Assembly: GCF_009914755.1 (NCBI RefSeq)
Contig: NC_060930.1
Origin: the human T2T-CHM13v2.0 reference genome, Homo sapiens
Reading direction: 5' to 3' (one strand)
DNA: 64,000 nucleotides
The notes beneath the pieces are model-generated. The model did not search any database. It saw only the letters and a program-made list of their open reading frames with translations, and was not told where the DNA came from. Positions 1-14,717 of the stretch are shown piece after piece. Position numbers and translations under genes: made by a program. The stretch's first letter is position 1. Each line of letters begins with the position of its first letter.

Positions 1-870
1 GCCAGGGGTACAAGAAGAGATGTCAGGAAAGCTAGATCATGGGGCCTGAATTGTTCAAGACATGTGGGCCATTGCAGGTACTTTGGCTTTTACTTTGAGT
101 GGGATGGGGGCCACTGGAGGGTTTTCAGCAGAAGGGGGACATGATATGACTTACATTTTGAAAGGATCTCTTTGGCTGCAGAAATGAGAACAAAACGATA
201 GGGAGGAAGTGCAGTTAGGAAGCTATTGCAATAATTCAGAAGAGAAGTGAAGCTATCTTGGATTAGGATCATGGCAGTAGCTAAGATGTGGTCAGACCCC
301 AGATAAATCCCAGCGTGGAAAAAACACCAAATAAGAGTTTCAGTTTTACAGGTGGGTGGAAGGCAAGGAGAAGGGGAGTTTGAGAGGTTCTTGTTCTAAA
401 CAACAAGAAGAATGAAGTTCTGCTTTCCTAGGAAGAAAGTTCTTTGGAAGGAGCAGGTTTGTAAGGTAGGGTGGTCAAGAGCTTACTACTGGACTTGTTA
501 AAACAGAGATGCCTCTTAGGCACCAAAGAGAAGATGTTGAGCATGTTGGATATACAGTTCTTAAGTTTAGAAGAGAAGTAGGAGTTGAGGCATAACATTG
601 GGAGTTAATAACCTACAGAAGATACTTAAAGCCATAAAACTTGGGAAATTGAAATAAATAGAGAAGAGAACCAAAGACTAACTCTGGGGCTCTTCAGTGT
701 TTGGAGGTTGAATAGATGGGGGAGGAACAAACAAAGGAAAGTGAAAAGGAATGGGTGGTGGGATAAGAAGAAAACCAGGAGAGTGCGGTGTCCTGGAAGC
801 CAAGGGGACAAGAGTTTCAGGGAAGAGGAAGTCAGTAGGTACTTCAAATGTCCGTGATAGGTCATGTAAC
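1..870 (-). mobile_element. L2 fragment (MIR follows at about 880-990)
   Basis: Typical antisense L2 phrases (ggccactggagggttttcagcag, gaagctattgcaataattcag). Confidence 0.6.
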
Positions 871-1824
871 ATGATGTCAAATCCTCACAATAACGCTATG
901 AAGCAGCTATTACTACTATTTTACAGATGAAGAAACACAGGCACAGAGAGACCAGCTCACAATGTAGCTCATGTGTCTATGCTCTTAACTACTGTAGCAC
1001 ATATATATGGTGGCTTCTGTTTTGTCCAAGATGATTCCATGAGAATACTTCTGTGATTAATACAATCCACGTGCACCCAGCTGTAGGGTTTATGTGGCTC
1101 TGTGATGTGGGATAAAGAGGTGCCTTGAGATTAATAAAGGAGGATTCCCCTTATGGCTATGCTATCTTCTATTGATGAAGTACAAGTCTTTGTAGTGAAT
1201 TAACTGAAACATAGTATCTTTGTAAGGGTTTTTTTCAATCTGATTCAGCACTGGTGGTGACTTCCTCTATCAATCAAGTCAACTAATAATTTGTGAGTTC
1301 TTGTGGCCTCTGATTTTCCCAAGTTCCCTTGGGATCCCAGGTGTCAAAAGCTACCAAAAAGGGTATCAGCAAACCAAGAGACTAATGGCTTACAAATGAG
1401 GAGGTTGAACATTTGCCTCATGAGAATGTTGAAAGATTAACTAGAGAGTGTATTTAAAAGGCTTAGTCTGGTGCTTGCCAGATGTTAAGTGTTTCCTACA
1501 GCCCACTATTTGTGTCCTTAAAAGTTATTTGTGTCCTGTGTCCATTCTGAATGAACTATACCAGTTGTGCCTACTCTAATAGATTGGTGCCAGTGATGTG
1601 CTGTCTGTTAAATTTTTTTGTGATCACCCCTAGCTATACAAGAATGTGTGGGTCTGTATGCATGTGAGAAATTGTAAATTAAGAAGCACCTGAGGGTATT
1701 CTATTTAACTACTGGAAGAGGGCACTGACACCATGAAATCATAGGTTTTTGAATGTGAGAGGTTATATTAATGAATTCAGTACTACTGTACTCAGAATCC
1801 AGAAAGCTTATTTCTTAATTTGAT

Positions 1825-2410
1825 GTGACAGACAGACCTTAAGGTGGCCCCAGTGATTACCACCTCATGGTATCCTCACTTTTATCTAATTCCCTTCCCT
1901 TGTATGGGGCCAGGACCTTTCACTTGCTTGTATCCAACAGAATACGGCAAAGGTGATGGGACGTCAACCCCATGATTACATTATGTTATATAAGACTCCA
2001 TCTTAGCAGACTAAAGATAAACACTCTTCATGTGGGCTTGATGAAGTAAGCAGGAAGTTGGAGAACCTAACACGATAAGGAACCACAAACATCCTCTAAG
2101 ACCTGAGAATGGCCTTCAGCCAAAATCTAGCAAACAGCCAGAGCCCTCAGTCATACAGGTATAAGAAAATGAATTTTTCCAACAACCTGAATAAGCCTGG
2201 AAGTGGGCTCTTCCCTAGTCTATACTGCAGATGAGAATGCAACTTAATCAACCAATCAATTGTAGCCTTGTGAGACCCAGAGAAGAAGAACCAGTTAAGC
2301 CAAACTGTGCCTGGAGCTCTGAGCCACAGAAACTGTAAGATAATAAATGTATGTTGTTTCAGACTACTATGTTTATGGTAATATGCATGCAGAAATAGAA
2401 AATGAGTACA
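1825..2410 (+). mobile_element. MLT1-type MaLR solo LTR
   Basis: tgtgacagacagaccttaaggtggcccc...ataaatgtatgttgttt...aatgagtaca ends. Confidence 0.7.
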
Positions 2411-4111
2411 GTTGGCAAAAAATAATAAAGCCTAGTTGAATGACTATACAAGAATTTTGGGAGGTATTGAAAAATATTTGCATTACAAAATTTATCATGA
2501 GACTAAAATGTTAAGACATTATTGTATTGAAGAATAAGAATACTCAGAAAAATCTAAGGAACAATAGAAAAACATCCAAAAGAATCATGCAGTGTGTAAA
2601 TGGTGTTGTGGCAATTAATGGAAGAAAACTAGATCATGTAATTAGTACTGCTAAGATAATTGGTTACATAAGTGGAAAATACTATTGGTGCAATAGCATG
2701 TTTTAAATTAAAATAAAGCATAGATATAATACAATAATACTGCATTTTGTCAAACTGAAGACACCATTGATACATCGTAATTTTTGTTCCACTAAAACTC
2801 AATTGATCAACTGATTAACAGATCAAACTGAATAGGTCCAAAACCAAACTCTTGAGCCCTACCACCTCAAAACTTCTACCCAGAGTCTTCCCCAGCTCAG
2901 TTGATAGAAATCTCATTCTTCCAAACACTTTGCAATCCTTGATCTGGAATGTACTATGGTCTTCATATTCAAAATGTGTATAGAATCCAACAACTTCTCA
3001 CAAGGGCCACTGTTATTTTTTGGCTAAGAGCTAATTCCATGTGGTTCTAGTTACCAATATCTCCTGCCTGAATTTCTGCAGTAACCTTCAGCTTGGTTCC
3101 TTGCTTCTAATCTATTCTCAATACAGCAGTTGGAGTATTCTCACCATACCATGAATAAAATCACCTCCTCTTCTGCTCAAAATCCTCCCTGTGTTTTTAT
3201 TTTTGTTTGGATTAAAAACTAACGTCTCTGTAGTGAACAAAGGAAATGAAATACGTAAACTCTTTGCCTCACAATTTTCATTTCTTAGGAATAAACCCTG
3301 AAGAAATAATTCCAATGTGGACTAGTGTCATGTTAAATAATATTCATTTATCATCATATATCATAACTTACATACATAGTTCATAAACATCTAATAACCT
3401 AAGTAACATATATAGTTCATATATAGATATAATAGCCGAGTAACAAAAGAAAACCCTACAAATTAAATATCCAGTCACAAGAAGATTTTTCAGCTAAGAA
3501 ATACTTCATCTATTGGATATGTTGGAATATAATGTGTATCCTTTAAGAATCCATATTGCTTTATAAGATTCACAAAGATATTCACACTTTGTGAATCTAA
3601 TAAAGCAATATGGAAAACTATATGCTGTCAAGTTAGAAAATATACAACACAATACATAAACTATAGAACTATTCAAAATATGCATACAAAATAAAGGCAA
3701 TAAAATTAAATTATAGTCATTGAATTAAGCTTATGACAATCTTTTTATTTCTTGTTTTTTGAAGTATCTATAATTAGTTTTTTTTACTTTTTTAAATTAA
3801 GCAATACAGTTACGTTTAAAATATTACATGCAATCACAAGCAGGACACACAATACTATGTGTAGACAATTCAGTAGCAATTATCAAGAATGTAAAGATTG
3901 GATAGATACAGATTGAAAGATAACTGTCAAAAATAAAACACTTCTTTTTAGTAATTTTTATTTCCTTCATATTTGCAAAATATGTTAATTTCACTGGATT
4001 TGTAAAAAGAATTAAAGAACTTAAAAATCACAAATTCATTTTTATAGTAATACGTTGACAAAAAGAATTCACTGTAAAATCCTAAAACCAAGCAGTTGAG
4101 GTCAAATTTAC

Positions 4112-4202
4112 CTTTCCTGGGGATCAGTGTCTCATCCACTTGCATATCTTGTGCGTTCTTGCTCTCCCTTGCTGTGGGACTCAACTCTGTCTTGGTGGCC
4201 AT
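4112..4202 (-). CDS. SLC17A3: SLC17A3 (NPT4, organic anion/urate exporter) first coding exon, CDS part (exon about 4112-4235); gene continues past the left edge
   Basis: ATG at 4202 gives MATKTELSPTARESKNAQDMQVDETLIPRK, recognised as the NPT4 N-terminus. Donor CAGGAAAG|gtaaat follows 4112 (91 nt CDS). Acceptor atag|GTGAAAACC precedes 4235. Exon end matches the paralogous SLC17A2 exon (CCAGGAAAG|gtaaag). Confidence 0.95.
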
Positions 4203-5327
4203 TGTGTTTCTCCTCTCCTAGTGAATGGTTTTCACCTATCAGGGAGATATGTAATTCACATGCATCAGTTGAGAGAAAGAGACTCCCCGTTGAAATATTT
4301 AAACAAGGGCACCAAGGAAAAAAAAGCTGGCCCATTCCATCTGGTTGGAGACAGGGAGGCTCATTATCCCCTCTTGGCTCAACACAACAAGCATACTGCA
4401 CGTAAGGTTTGGAATTGTTTATTTATTAGGATCTAGAGTGCTCTTGGTGTGCCAGTTTATGAGCAATGGCTTTGGAGTTAAGCATTCCCAAGTTCAAACT
4501 CAGGTTCATGATTTACTGTGCCAAGTGCCACTAGGAGCACATTTGTGTGTTTCAGTTTCCTCATCTGTTGTTAATAACAACAACATCTTCATCAAAAAGT
4601 TGCTGTTGGCTTAAACAGATTGCACATGCCTAGAACACTGCCAGACACCCAATAAGTAAAAGCTGTATAATACAGTTTATTGTCATCATCACTGGAGCTA
4701 CCATAGCAGTGGGTCACCTCAGAGCTATGCTCCTCTGGAATCCTCTACCTGCACCTGAGAACCTGGCTTCTACTACCCCTGACAACTCCCACACTGCTTC
4801 CTCATTTGACTCACTGTAAGTATCGCTGATATGTGTGTCACTCATAATTGGGGACCAAAGTTGCATAGTGAGAAGATAACATTCAAATCTCATATTATTA
4901 TTGTCCATAGGTTGATGATGTGTCTGTAGAGTTCTAGAAATAACTAACATGGAGGTTGTGACCTTTTTGCATATAAGAGAACTGAAAAGAACCATTACTA
5001 CATTACAATACTAGGATCTTCAATGCCCAAGGAGATTTTTATGTGTTACTATGTGTAGAATTGTAATATTTGTGCTATGTTTAGTGCTCATATTATTAAA
5101 TTTATGATTCTCTTAAAGAAAAAGTCTCAAAATATATAACTGCTTCTACCAGTAATAAACCAAACTTGTTAGCTTAATAAATTAAATCCTCTTAAACGTC
5201 TAAGCACTAGTACTTAACCACAACTGCCCTGATATCATTGTTGCAAACTAAGGAATAACTTCTTAGTATCTCTTTATAATAAAAGTTTTATTATTCAGAG
5301 GTATGTTTTCACCAAGACAGGAGTGAC

Positions 5328-5664
5328 ATAAGGACATACCCAAGGCTGGGTAATTTATAAAGAAAAAGAGGTTTAATGGACTCACAGTTTCACACGGCTG
5401 CGGAGGCCTCACACTCATGGCAAAAGGCGAAGAAAGAGCAAAGATACATCTTACATGGCAGCAAGCAAGAGAGCTTGTGCAGGGGAACTCCCATTTATAA
5501 AACTATCAGAACTCATAAGACTTCTTCACTACCATGAGAACAGTATGGGGGAAACTGCCCCCATGATTCAATTATCTCCACCTGGCCCCACCTTTGACAC
5601 TTGGGTATTATGTGGACCACAATTCAAGATGAGATCTGGGTGGGGACACATCCAAACCATATCA
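5328..5664 (-). mobile_element. THE1-family LTR (partial), followed by an old antisense L1M to about 5990
   Basis: gacatacccaaggctgggtaatttataaag...gggtggggacacatccaaaccatatca. Confidence 0.8.
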
Positions 5665-6836
5665 GGAATTATAAAGTATGTACTCACTTTTCTCCTGGTT
5701 TATTTCACTCAGTATAATTATTCTAAAATCCATCCATGTTGTTGTACATATTAATAGTTCATTCCTTCTAATTACTGAGTAATATTCCACCCCATGGCTA
5801 TATCACAATTTGTTTATCCATTTATTTACCTTTTGATGAAAAACTGCATTGTTTGCAGTTTTTTGACATTACAAATAAAGCTGCTGTGAACATTAATGTA
5901 CAGGTCTTTGTATAGACATGTGCTTTCATTTCTCTCAGATAAACACTTAGAAGTGGAATACCTGGATTGTATGATAAGTGTAGTATTAATGTCTCTTCAG
6001 ATCTTGGCATTGGGCATTCTAATTCCATGGTGTGGCCAGTACATTTTAAAAATAGGTCTTCTGTTTCTAGGGAAATTGCCCTGGTTCTATATTCAAAGAT
6101 TGCCTGGGAGATATTTTACCAAATGACAAAGCTGGGTCAACCTGCATTGTTTTGTGCTACATGGCAATGCTAAACAAGAATATGATGTTTCCATTAGCAA
6201 TTTTTCTCCCTTGAATGATACTTATTCTCACTCCCCTGCTCCTTTATGAGGTGAATTTAATGTGACTCTATTGCTGTGAGACTTTATACCCCCTACTAGG
6301 GGCTCTGCTTGGATTGGAACATTCTAAAATGTCAGGTTTCCATTCTGAAGCCACTCCAAGATTATCCTGAATTAAGCAGCAATGGGAGTTGCCCAGATCT
6401 ATGGCCTCTTCACAGCACATCAGCCTCTGCATTCTTGAACTTGGTTATATGACAGAAAGACTGGGTGCTGCATCATCAACCACTGGCAAGGAAGAAGTGC
6501 TTAGTGAGAACCTGATAGTTGCTAGAGGCCCCTACAACATGGACTCATGACTGCCTGAAATGAACTGTATTTCTGTCATAAACAGGATCTGTTTGGTTAA
6601 AGTTATACCCTCTTATTTTAGTAACAGGTAGTTGTGTTTGTGAAGCTGCTTTCAACTGACACACAGCATGAAAAACTGATACCATATATGTAATCCAGAA
6701 GGGGAAATGAAGGTAAAACTTGAAGATCAAAATGTTGTCTCTTAACAATTGGGTCTGAGTTCAGAAATGATGTCCACATGTTTGAATACGCCCCATGTTA
6801 GCAGCCAAGAATGGTGGCTTAAGACTCTGGGTTCTC

Positions 6837-7474
6837 CACTTTTACACTGTTGGTGGGACTGTAAACTAGTTCAACCATTGTGGAAGTCAGTGTGGCGATT
6901 CCTCAGGGATCTAGAACTAGAAATACCATTTGACCCAGCCATCCCATTACTGGGGATATACCCAAAGGATTATAAAACATGCTGCTATAAAGACACATGT
7001 ACACGAATGTTTATTGTGGCACTATTCACAATAGCAAAGACTTGGAACCAACCCAAATGTCCAACAATGACAGACTGGATTAAGAAAATGTGGCACATAT
7101 ACACCATGGAATACTATGCAGCCATAAAAAATGATGAGTTCATGTCCTTTGTAGGGACATGGATGAAGCTGGAAACCATCATTCTCAGCAAAATATCGCA
7201 AGGACAAAAAACCAAACACTGCATGTTCTCACTCATAGGTGGGAATTGAACAGTGAGAACACATGGACACAGGAAGGGGAACATCACACACCAGGGCCTG
7301 TTGTGGGGTGGGGGCGGGGGAGGGATAGCATTAGGAGATATACCTAATGTTAAATGATGAGTTAATGGGTGCAGCACACCAACATGGCACATGTATACAT
7401 ATGTAACAAACCTGCACATTGTGCACATGTACCCTAAAACTTAAAGTGTAATAAAAAAATTAAAAAATAAAAAA
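6837..7474 (+). mobile_element. 5'-truncated L1PA (ORF2 C-terminus, 3'UTR, A tail) in SLC17A3 intron 1
   Basis: LLHCWWDCKLVQPLWKSVWRFL...FSLIGGN*; 16-bp TSD AAGACTCTGGGTTCTC at 6821-6836 and 7475-7490. Confidence 0.95.
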
Positions 7475-9979
7475 AAGACTCTGGGTTCTCTGAATTATTG
7501 ATGTTGGAACAAGTTCTTAGTTTCCCCTTCCTTAGATAACTTAGATGAGGGCTACGTGGCATCTGACTGTTGTCTCAATCCAAGAAATTCAATAACTTCT
7601 TGATGGGAAGGATGGTTGGCTTTTTGTTTCTAAGGTTAAATGAAGATCCTAAAAAGAGAAATGAAACAACCAAACAGACATATCCAAGTATGGTAAGTTA
7701 TATCAGAGGGAAAAATTATGTAAATAGATAAAGGCATGGAAGAACCTGAATTAAGGCAGGGAATTAAAACTATTCTCAGAAAGAATAGTGCACAGTAGGG
7801 CAATGATGTACTGGAACCAACTCACTTGGGGCCAAAAGAGCTCATTATTAATGTTTTTAGAAATTTTTCAAGCTAGTTGTTGAACATAGCCATTATCCAT
7901 TAAATGATATGAATTTAGAGTTCAATTAATTATATTTTTAAAAGGTATTTTAACTTTATGACTTCATAATTATTTCATGGCATTTTATTGTAAGCTCCAC
8001 TCTTGAGGTTTTTTACATCTCTTGTATCTATATGGTGGGAATACTGTATAAAGATGTGCTATTGCACATCTCTCCCCAACTCTGAATTCAGTAATGTCAT
8101 GATGGTAGCTTGGAATTGGCCATAATACGAGCTTTAACGCCAAAAAAAAAAAAAAAAAAGGCAAAGGCTACAAATTTGGGCTTAATTTATTGTTTTATGG
8201 ACTTCTTGGGCTTAAGAAATTTATCAAACAATGTTCATCTAAGTGTGTGTGTCTGTGTGTGTGGGTGTGTTTGTATGTATACACACTACATATCTATATC
8301 CACAAAGACACAAAGACACACACTTACATAAACATATAGAAATAGATATGTAGTATGTATACTACATTCATTACTATATATATGTATATTTTATACATAT
8401 ATATATATTTATATATATAATGAATGCTTTTCAGGCATGAAAACCCTGAAACATGAGTCAGACTTCACTTCCCACTGATTTCCTTTGCAATGATGTGACC
8501 TCTTCTGCAAAGCATGGGTACTCTTGCTAAGATGACATCCTTCATACCCAGCCCTGCATCTGCATTGCCACTGCCTCTATTCATCAGTATCATCTCCAGT
8601 CTCCACAGACAGGTCAACGTCCCCTGATTCCATACCGATCTTCCCATTTGTCTCCTGACTTTTGAAAATATTAATACTTTTTAAAGCTATCTAAGGTTTC
8701 ACATGACAGTCTACCACCTGCACACAGCTTGTACCAACACCCTATCTCTAAGTGAACCAGGATGTCACATCTTCCCCTGCCAGCAGGTGTGGTCTACCCA
8801 CCTCACCATGACAGACACCTACTGCCATGGTAACCTCAAAACATTTCACTGACTTAAAAAGCTGGATTCAAGCTCTGCTGACCCTTCCCACACCCTGGGG
8901 CTATAACTAGAGGAAAGAGAAGTAATCTAGAGGGAAATCCCAAGGCACCCACAGGTGAGCCAAGAACAGGCTCAAGTAGCACAACATAGAAAATGCACTC
9001 TCATTATCTTCTCTTAAATGTGCCCTTCCAATCAGTCTTATAGCCTGTCTACACCTTGGCTTTACTCAAGTAAATCCCTTTTGTTTTAACAGCTCTCTTT
9101 ATTTTCCACTAAAAAGCTATGCTGGTTATCTGGGTCAGAAACTATATATTGCACTCTGAGAAGTTTCTGGTCCAAAGCAGTGTTCATAGAGAACCACATT
9201 GAGGATCAGCTTTCAGTAGAGATGGTTAGTTTAAAGGCAGGGAGTGTTCTAACAGCATCTTCCCACACATCTGTGAAGTTGCAGCTGCCACAAAAAGTTG
9301 TACCTTCTCCATTCTGGCCTTGAGGACTCCCTGATTCCCTCCTTCCCACTGCCCTCAGCCCACCTACCATCTTCTGCTGACTCTGGTGACTGTCCCATTG
9401 CCTCATCTCTCCATTTCCTCTTCTATCCCTAGCCATTTTAGTTTGGTTAAATTTCACACCAACTCACCGGATCTTGATGCAGCATTTCTCCAGATGCTTT
9501 CTTGGACCAGAGCCACCCTAGCCATTGGTATAATAGAAATAATTATTATTGCCACTCTTATAAATTACTGCACCAGCCAGTCTACATCAATCCCAGATGG
9601 AGATATTACTGACCCTCTTCCTCCAGGTCACCCAGTTGGTAAATGAAAGAGATGATATTTGTTCAGAAGCCAGTTTGACCTGCAAAATTTTGCTTTTAAA
9701 CACCTCGCAAGAGTGCCTATTTCTTGGAATTATCTTCCATAGCTGCTACTGTCTCCACTAGCTAGTTTCAAAGCATATGGATGATCAGATACAAAGCTTC
9801 AGCTTCCTGCCACTTCTCCCTCACTTTTGTCAGTCTTGTTAATATGGATTTTTACATTTTTCATTTTTATTTTTATCATATGAGGAAACTTGGGGTTGGG
9901 GAGTATATAAAAATTGTCCATTGCTATACAGAAAAGAGTTTTGGAGGTCTTCATCTCAATACCAAGAGAAGTGACTTAC

Positions 9980-10060
9980 CGACTTAATGTCTGTGGAAGG
10001 GCTTCAAGTTGAACCCAGCGTTTCCTCCAAGCTTACTCCCTTGGACTTTTTGGAGCAGAG
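9980..10060 (-). other. SLC17A3: Probable SLC17A3 non-coding exon 1 (5' boundary approximate)
   Basis: Consensus donor TCG|gtaagt after 9980, with an HNF1-like site just upstream; position suits a 5'UTR exon splicing to the 4235 acceptor. Confidence 0.7.
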
Positions 10061-10095
10061 AGATGAGGATTCTTTGCCACCCTAGGGCTTAAGTT

Positions 10096-10108
10096 GCTAA
10101 TCATTAAT
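10096..10108. promoter_or_regulatory. HNF1-like site in the putative SLC17A3 proximal promoter
   Basis: GCTAATCATTAAT versus consensus GTTAATNATTAAC (11/13); fits a kidney/liver transporter. Confidence 0.55.
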
Positions 10109-11904
10109 AAAAGTCATCAAACTACAAAGTTGACTCAGAAGGGCTTCTTGCCAAATAGGCTTTGAAGAAGCATTCGGAAATCCAGCCCAATCCCCTCTGC
10201 AGTTCTTTCTGCTTTTTGGCTGATGTAAGCTTCTCCACCTTCCCCTTGTGAGTGTCTCCTCAGGACCTCATAGGTGTCCTCTGGTTCAGACACTTGCATA
10301 TAGCTATTTTGCTTTGCTTTGTGGTGTCTTCAATGTCTTTAGTCTTTTTTGAAAAGGTTAAAAAGAGATAAATTATAATTAAAGAGTTCAGTATTTTTGT
10401 GTTTTTTCCTTTGCTATTTTTGATTTTCCCCCTTAATTGAAATTTTGTTAATTTTTTTCTTCTTTGAAATATGTGAATTGTAATATTATGGGTAAACTTG
10501 AACTTCATTCACTCTGTTGCTTTCTCTTTCCCTGGGTCCTTGTCCTTTTCTCAGCAAACCAAACCAAACCAAACCAAACAAGCCTGGCATAAATATAATA
10601 TGATTTCTCCATTTTTTTCTATTCTTACTATTTATATGAGTATTCACAAACTATATGTAATAATGCTTTGTATTATTTCTAAATTTGCACACATGCTATC
10701 ATGTAGCATTTATGGGCCATTCTGTAACCACTTTGGAAAATAAGTGGCATAAATTTGGCATACCTACATGTGCACAGTGAAGGCCAAACTCTTTCAATTT
10801 CTTGTGGTTAACTCTTGCGCTAACACCCAGGAAGTCAAAAGCACTGTCACTGCTTTCCAAGAATGTGTATAGTTCTGCTTGTCCTTGTCTCATAGATGAG
10901 GCAAAGCCTTCAGACTCCTAGCTTTCTGTAGTTTATTTCCAGCTCTCTGAATGCCTTGGGTTCATAATCCAGACTCCTTTCTTTATATGAGCATTAGAGT
11001 CAGCCATGGAAATTTACACCTTGTTCTGTGCTTTAATGGCTTTCCTGGCCTTAGCTCATACTCATCACTTTGACTTTAAATCCCTTCTTACTTTATGGCC
11101 CTGAGGAGATCTCCTTTAGATTCTAAGTTTGACTCTTTATACCTATTTGAACTGTATTGTGAGAGGAGAGTGAGTAAACTACCTCTCAACACCCTGGCTG
11201 AGAAGTGGGAGCCTGGCAGTATATATCACAGATCAAGAATTCAGAAGGAGGAACCCGGGTCCTGGGGAGTCAGAGCTACCATTTACTGCGCATTTATTAC
11301 ATGTCATCCTCACAATGCTTTCAGGTAAGTTTTATTATATTCTTTATAACATAAAAGAAAAAAAACAGATTTCTTCCATCTGCACTTTAAGAATTTAAGT
11401 ATGGAAAATTTAAGCCCGTTATCGTGTGGGGGTAGTGTCAATTTCACCTTTCTAGGTAAAAGATTTTTCCCTGAGTCATTTCTGAAGGACTCTGGACCCT
11501 GGGATAAATAATGATCAACTTTGGGATTCACATATCACAGGAAATGTTTCTGACCCTGAATTATCCAAGTCAGAAAACGTTACTTGGTTTTGCAATTTAA
11601 TGTTTAACTTTATTTAAAGTGCTCCTGAGTTCTTTACATGCTACTTGGTTTGACTTGGTAGAAATAGACCCAAGTTGTCTCTGTGTAGAAAGAATAACAA
11701 TTCAGCTTTTCTTCACCTCTATGATTAAACACTTGAATATGAATTGAGATATTTCCTTGACTTAGGTTGTAATATCCATCTCTTTTAAAAAAAGAATTTT
11801 ACATTTTCCTTTTGAATAAGATTTATTTTTAAACTGCTTTGTTTTAGCCATGGGGATCATCAGAAAAGATAGAGTACACATTTCTCCTTTAACAGTTATC
11901 TTTA

Positions 11905-12219
11905 GCCAGGCGTGGTGCTTCACGCCTGTAATCCCAGTGCTTTGGGTGGCCAAGGCCAGAGGATTACTTGAGGCCAGGAGTTTGAGACAAGCATGGGCAA
12001 CAGTGAGACCTCCTCTCTACAAATTTTTTTTAGAAAATTGGCTGGAGATGGAGGACGCATTTGTAGTCCTAACTACTCAGGAGGCTGATGAGGAGGATTC
12101 CTTGAGCCTAGGAGTTCAAGGTTACAGTGAGCTATGATCATGCCAGTGCACTCCAGCCTAGATGACACAGCAAGACTCTCTCTAAAACAAAACAACAACC
12201 AAAAAAAAAAAAAAAAAAA
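11905..12219 (+). mobile_element. AluJ
   Basis: Diverged dimeric Alu, A tail, degenerate TSD aacagttatctt/aacagctatctt. Confidence 0.85.
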
Positions 12220-13479
12220 CAGCTATCTTCAGACTTGTTTCATAAGACTGTGAACATTGTTGTTAATAATCAGTCACATGACAGCTCAGCAGGATGCAGG
12301 CTCTGATTCTGGGTTACATTTCAGAGGACTCCAGTGCACAATCCTGTTGTGATCATAGGAAACCTGTCTCTAGTCTTCCTAGAGGAAGCCCAGGATGGGT
12401 CCAGGGAGAGGAAGCACCTTTAAGAGTCAGACCTTCCCTCAAAGCTCACAATGTCCAGCAGGGATTCTGATGAATCAGGGGTAGCTGTCAAGCAAACACA
12501 CTGAATGAGCCTAAGTCTTAAAACAGAAGACTTGACTAAATGGCAGTGGTCATTCACTGGAGCTTGGCTGGTTTTTCACACACACTCTGGTCTAAACAAT
12601 GAACCCATATGTGATGTTATATCTGCTCAGAACCTTACATCTTCATGGTTCTGGCAAATCCTTTTTTCTCCAAGTTCAAGTCAGACTCCTGTTTTGCCTT
12701 ACCATCTCTATGACAAATGGGGTCAATCTGGTCACTGTAGTTATCAGGCTGACATCATCTGGTCATGGGCTTGGAAGTCCATCTAGAACACTAGTGGAAC
12801 ACTCCATCTCTATTATTTTGTCTTCTATCGCTGAGCAAAATGGTGCATTTTTTGTTATCTACACAATGCATTAACTTATGTCCTAGATTGCCATACTGAA
12901 AACACGTCTTACTTTTTTCCTTACACATGTCTGCTTTCTAGTCTACTTTCCAGTTTCGATGCCATTTCTTTCAGCAACTATTTTGCCAGGAATGCCCAGC
13001 TAAAACTGCAAAATCATATATTGAGGACAATGGCTATGGAAAAGAAGAAAGAACAATTGTGACAAGTATAATCTCTAGGAGAATACACACAAAAAAAATC
13101 AGGAGTGCTTATGGGCTGAGGTGTTATATGCTTTCAGATAGAATAGTAAACAAAATTGATATCTGTAGTGCATAAAGGATGTCATAATTATCAAGTGAGA
13201 AAGTGTTGCATTCTTTAACCAGCACAAGTTACAAAATTATACCATGCTGAATTCATATCAAGACAACTTCACCTACTACCAGGGACTTAGAGTAAATGTA
13301 TTTTACTTTGTTGAGTCTCACTTGGAGATCATTGAAAAAAATTAGGAATAAATCATGAAACAAAATGAAACCATCCACCATACTTTGCATATAACAGAAA
13401 ATCAATCAATGAAGGTCATCTGTCATAATTATCATTACCATTATTATTTCTATGACCACCTCTGAGACGTCATGATTAA

Positions 13480-14260
13480 TATTCATGATTGAAATAAAGC
13501 AATTAAAAATCAAATTCATTCAAAATAATCAAATATAATTTAATTAAAAAGTTGGAGGCAGTCAGCCATCAGTCAAAAAATATTGTTACTGTATGCATTC
13601 CAAAAAGAAATGTAAAGGGATAGCATTCCCTAGAAACAATGAATAAAATAAAATTCCCTGTATTTAATAAACAGCATCTGTAAAACCTACAACAAACATT
13701 CCGAAGGTGAATCTTCCTGTTACAATCAGATACATAAAAGAGGTGTTTGCTACATCTATTCACTGGAAGGCCTAACTAGCACAATAACACAAGAAAGAAA
13801 TGTGAAGCAATTAGAAAACAAGTAAAACTATGATTATTAACAGATGATATGATTGTCTACGTAAGAAAACAAAAAAAATCTGTACATAAATTACTTAACT
13901 AATGTGAGTTTGGCAAATTTGACAGATGGAAAAGTGATATTCAAAGACCGACTGCATTTTAATTACCAGCCCAAAACAAAAAAAAAGATATTATAAAAAG
14001 AGATACAATTCACAATGGCAATAAAAGAATGTAACAGCCACAAAAGGATATAAAACCTAGGAATAAATCTAATAAAAGATGTAGAAGATCGTTACGCAGA
14101 AAATTGTAAAGCTTTATTGTAAGGTATTGAAGTCGAACTAAATAAAGAGACATAACATTTTTATGAACAGGAACATTCAAAAATGTAAAAATCTCGTCTC
14201 TCCAGACTAATCCATATGCCATTCCAACCAATATTCCAAAATAATTTTCCATATAATTTA
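13480..14260 (+). mobile_element. Old L1M ORF2 fragment
   Basis: cagatgatatgattgtctacgtaagaaaac (ADDMIVY RT motif remnant) in A-rich sequence. Confidence 0.65.
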
Positions 14261-14717
14261 ATTTACTAAATATATCCTCAAATAAAGATGGTGGTTATCT
14301 CTTTCTTTGTAATCATTCTTCTACTCTGCCCCTCACCCCCTTTTCAGAGACTCCTTGTAATAAGGCCTATTTAACACTAAATACGTGCTGAACACTATTC
14401 TAAGCACTTTACATACAATAACACTTTTACTTCTCATAGCAAACTTCTATGGTAGGTACTATTATTATGCCAGTTTACAGAGAGGTTAAGTAACTTGCTA
14501 GTAAGCTACGGAGTCAGGAATCCAACCACCCAGAAAGTCTGGCTGTTGTGTCCATTCTCTTACCCTCCAGACTATTTCATCTGTTACGCAAACATTGAAA
14601 CCAACTTTCAACATCAGTTTCCTATAAAATTTCCCTCTCATTATTCTTCCTTTTGTATCTTGGCATTACTGTGAATTTCACCTGTATCAATTTTCTTCCA
14701 AATTCCTGAGATCACCT

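Noticed and set aside
6749-7249. 166-aa ORF, the longest non-Alu ORF in the track
   Set aside because: It is the C-terminus of L1 ORF2 in a 5'-truncated L1PA, not a gene.
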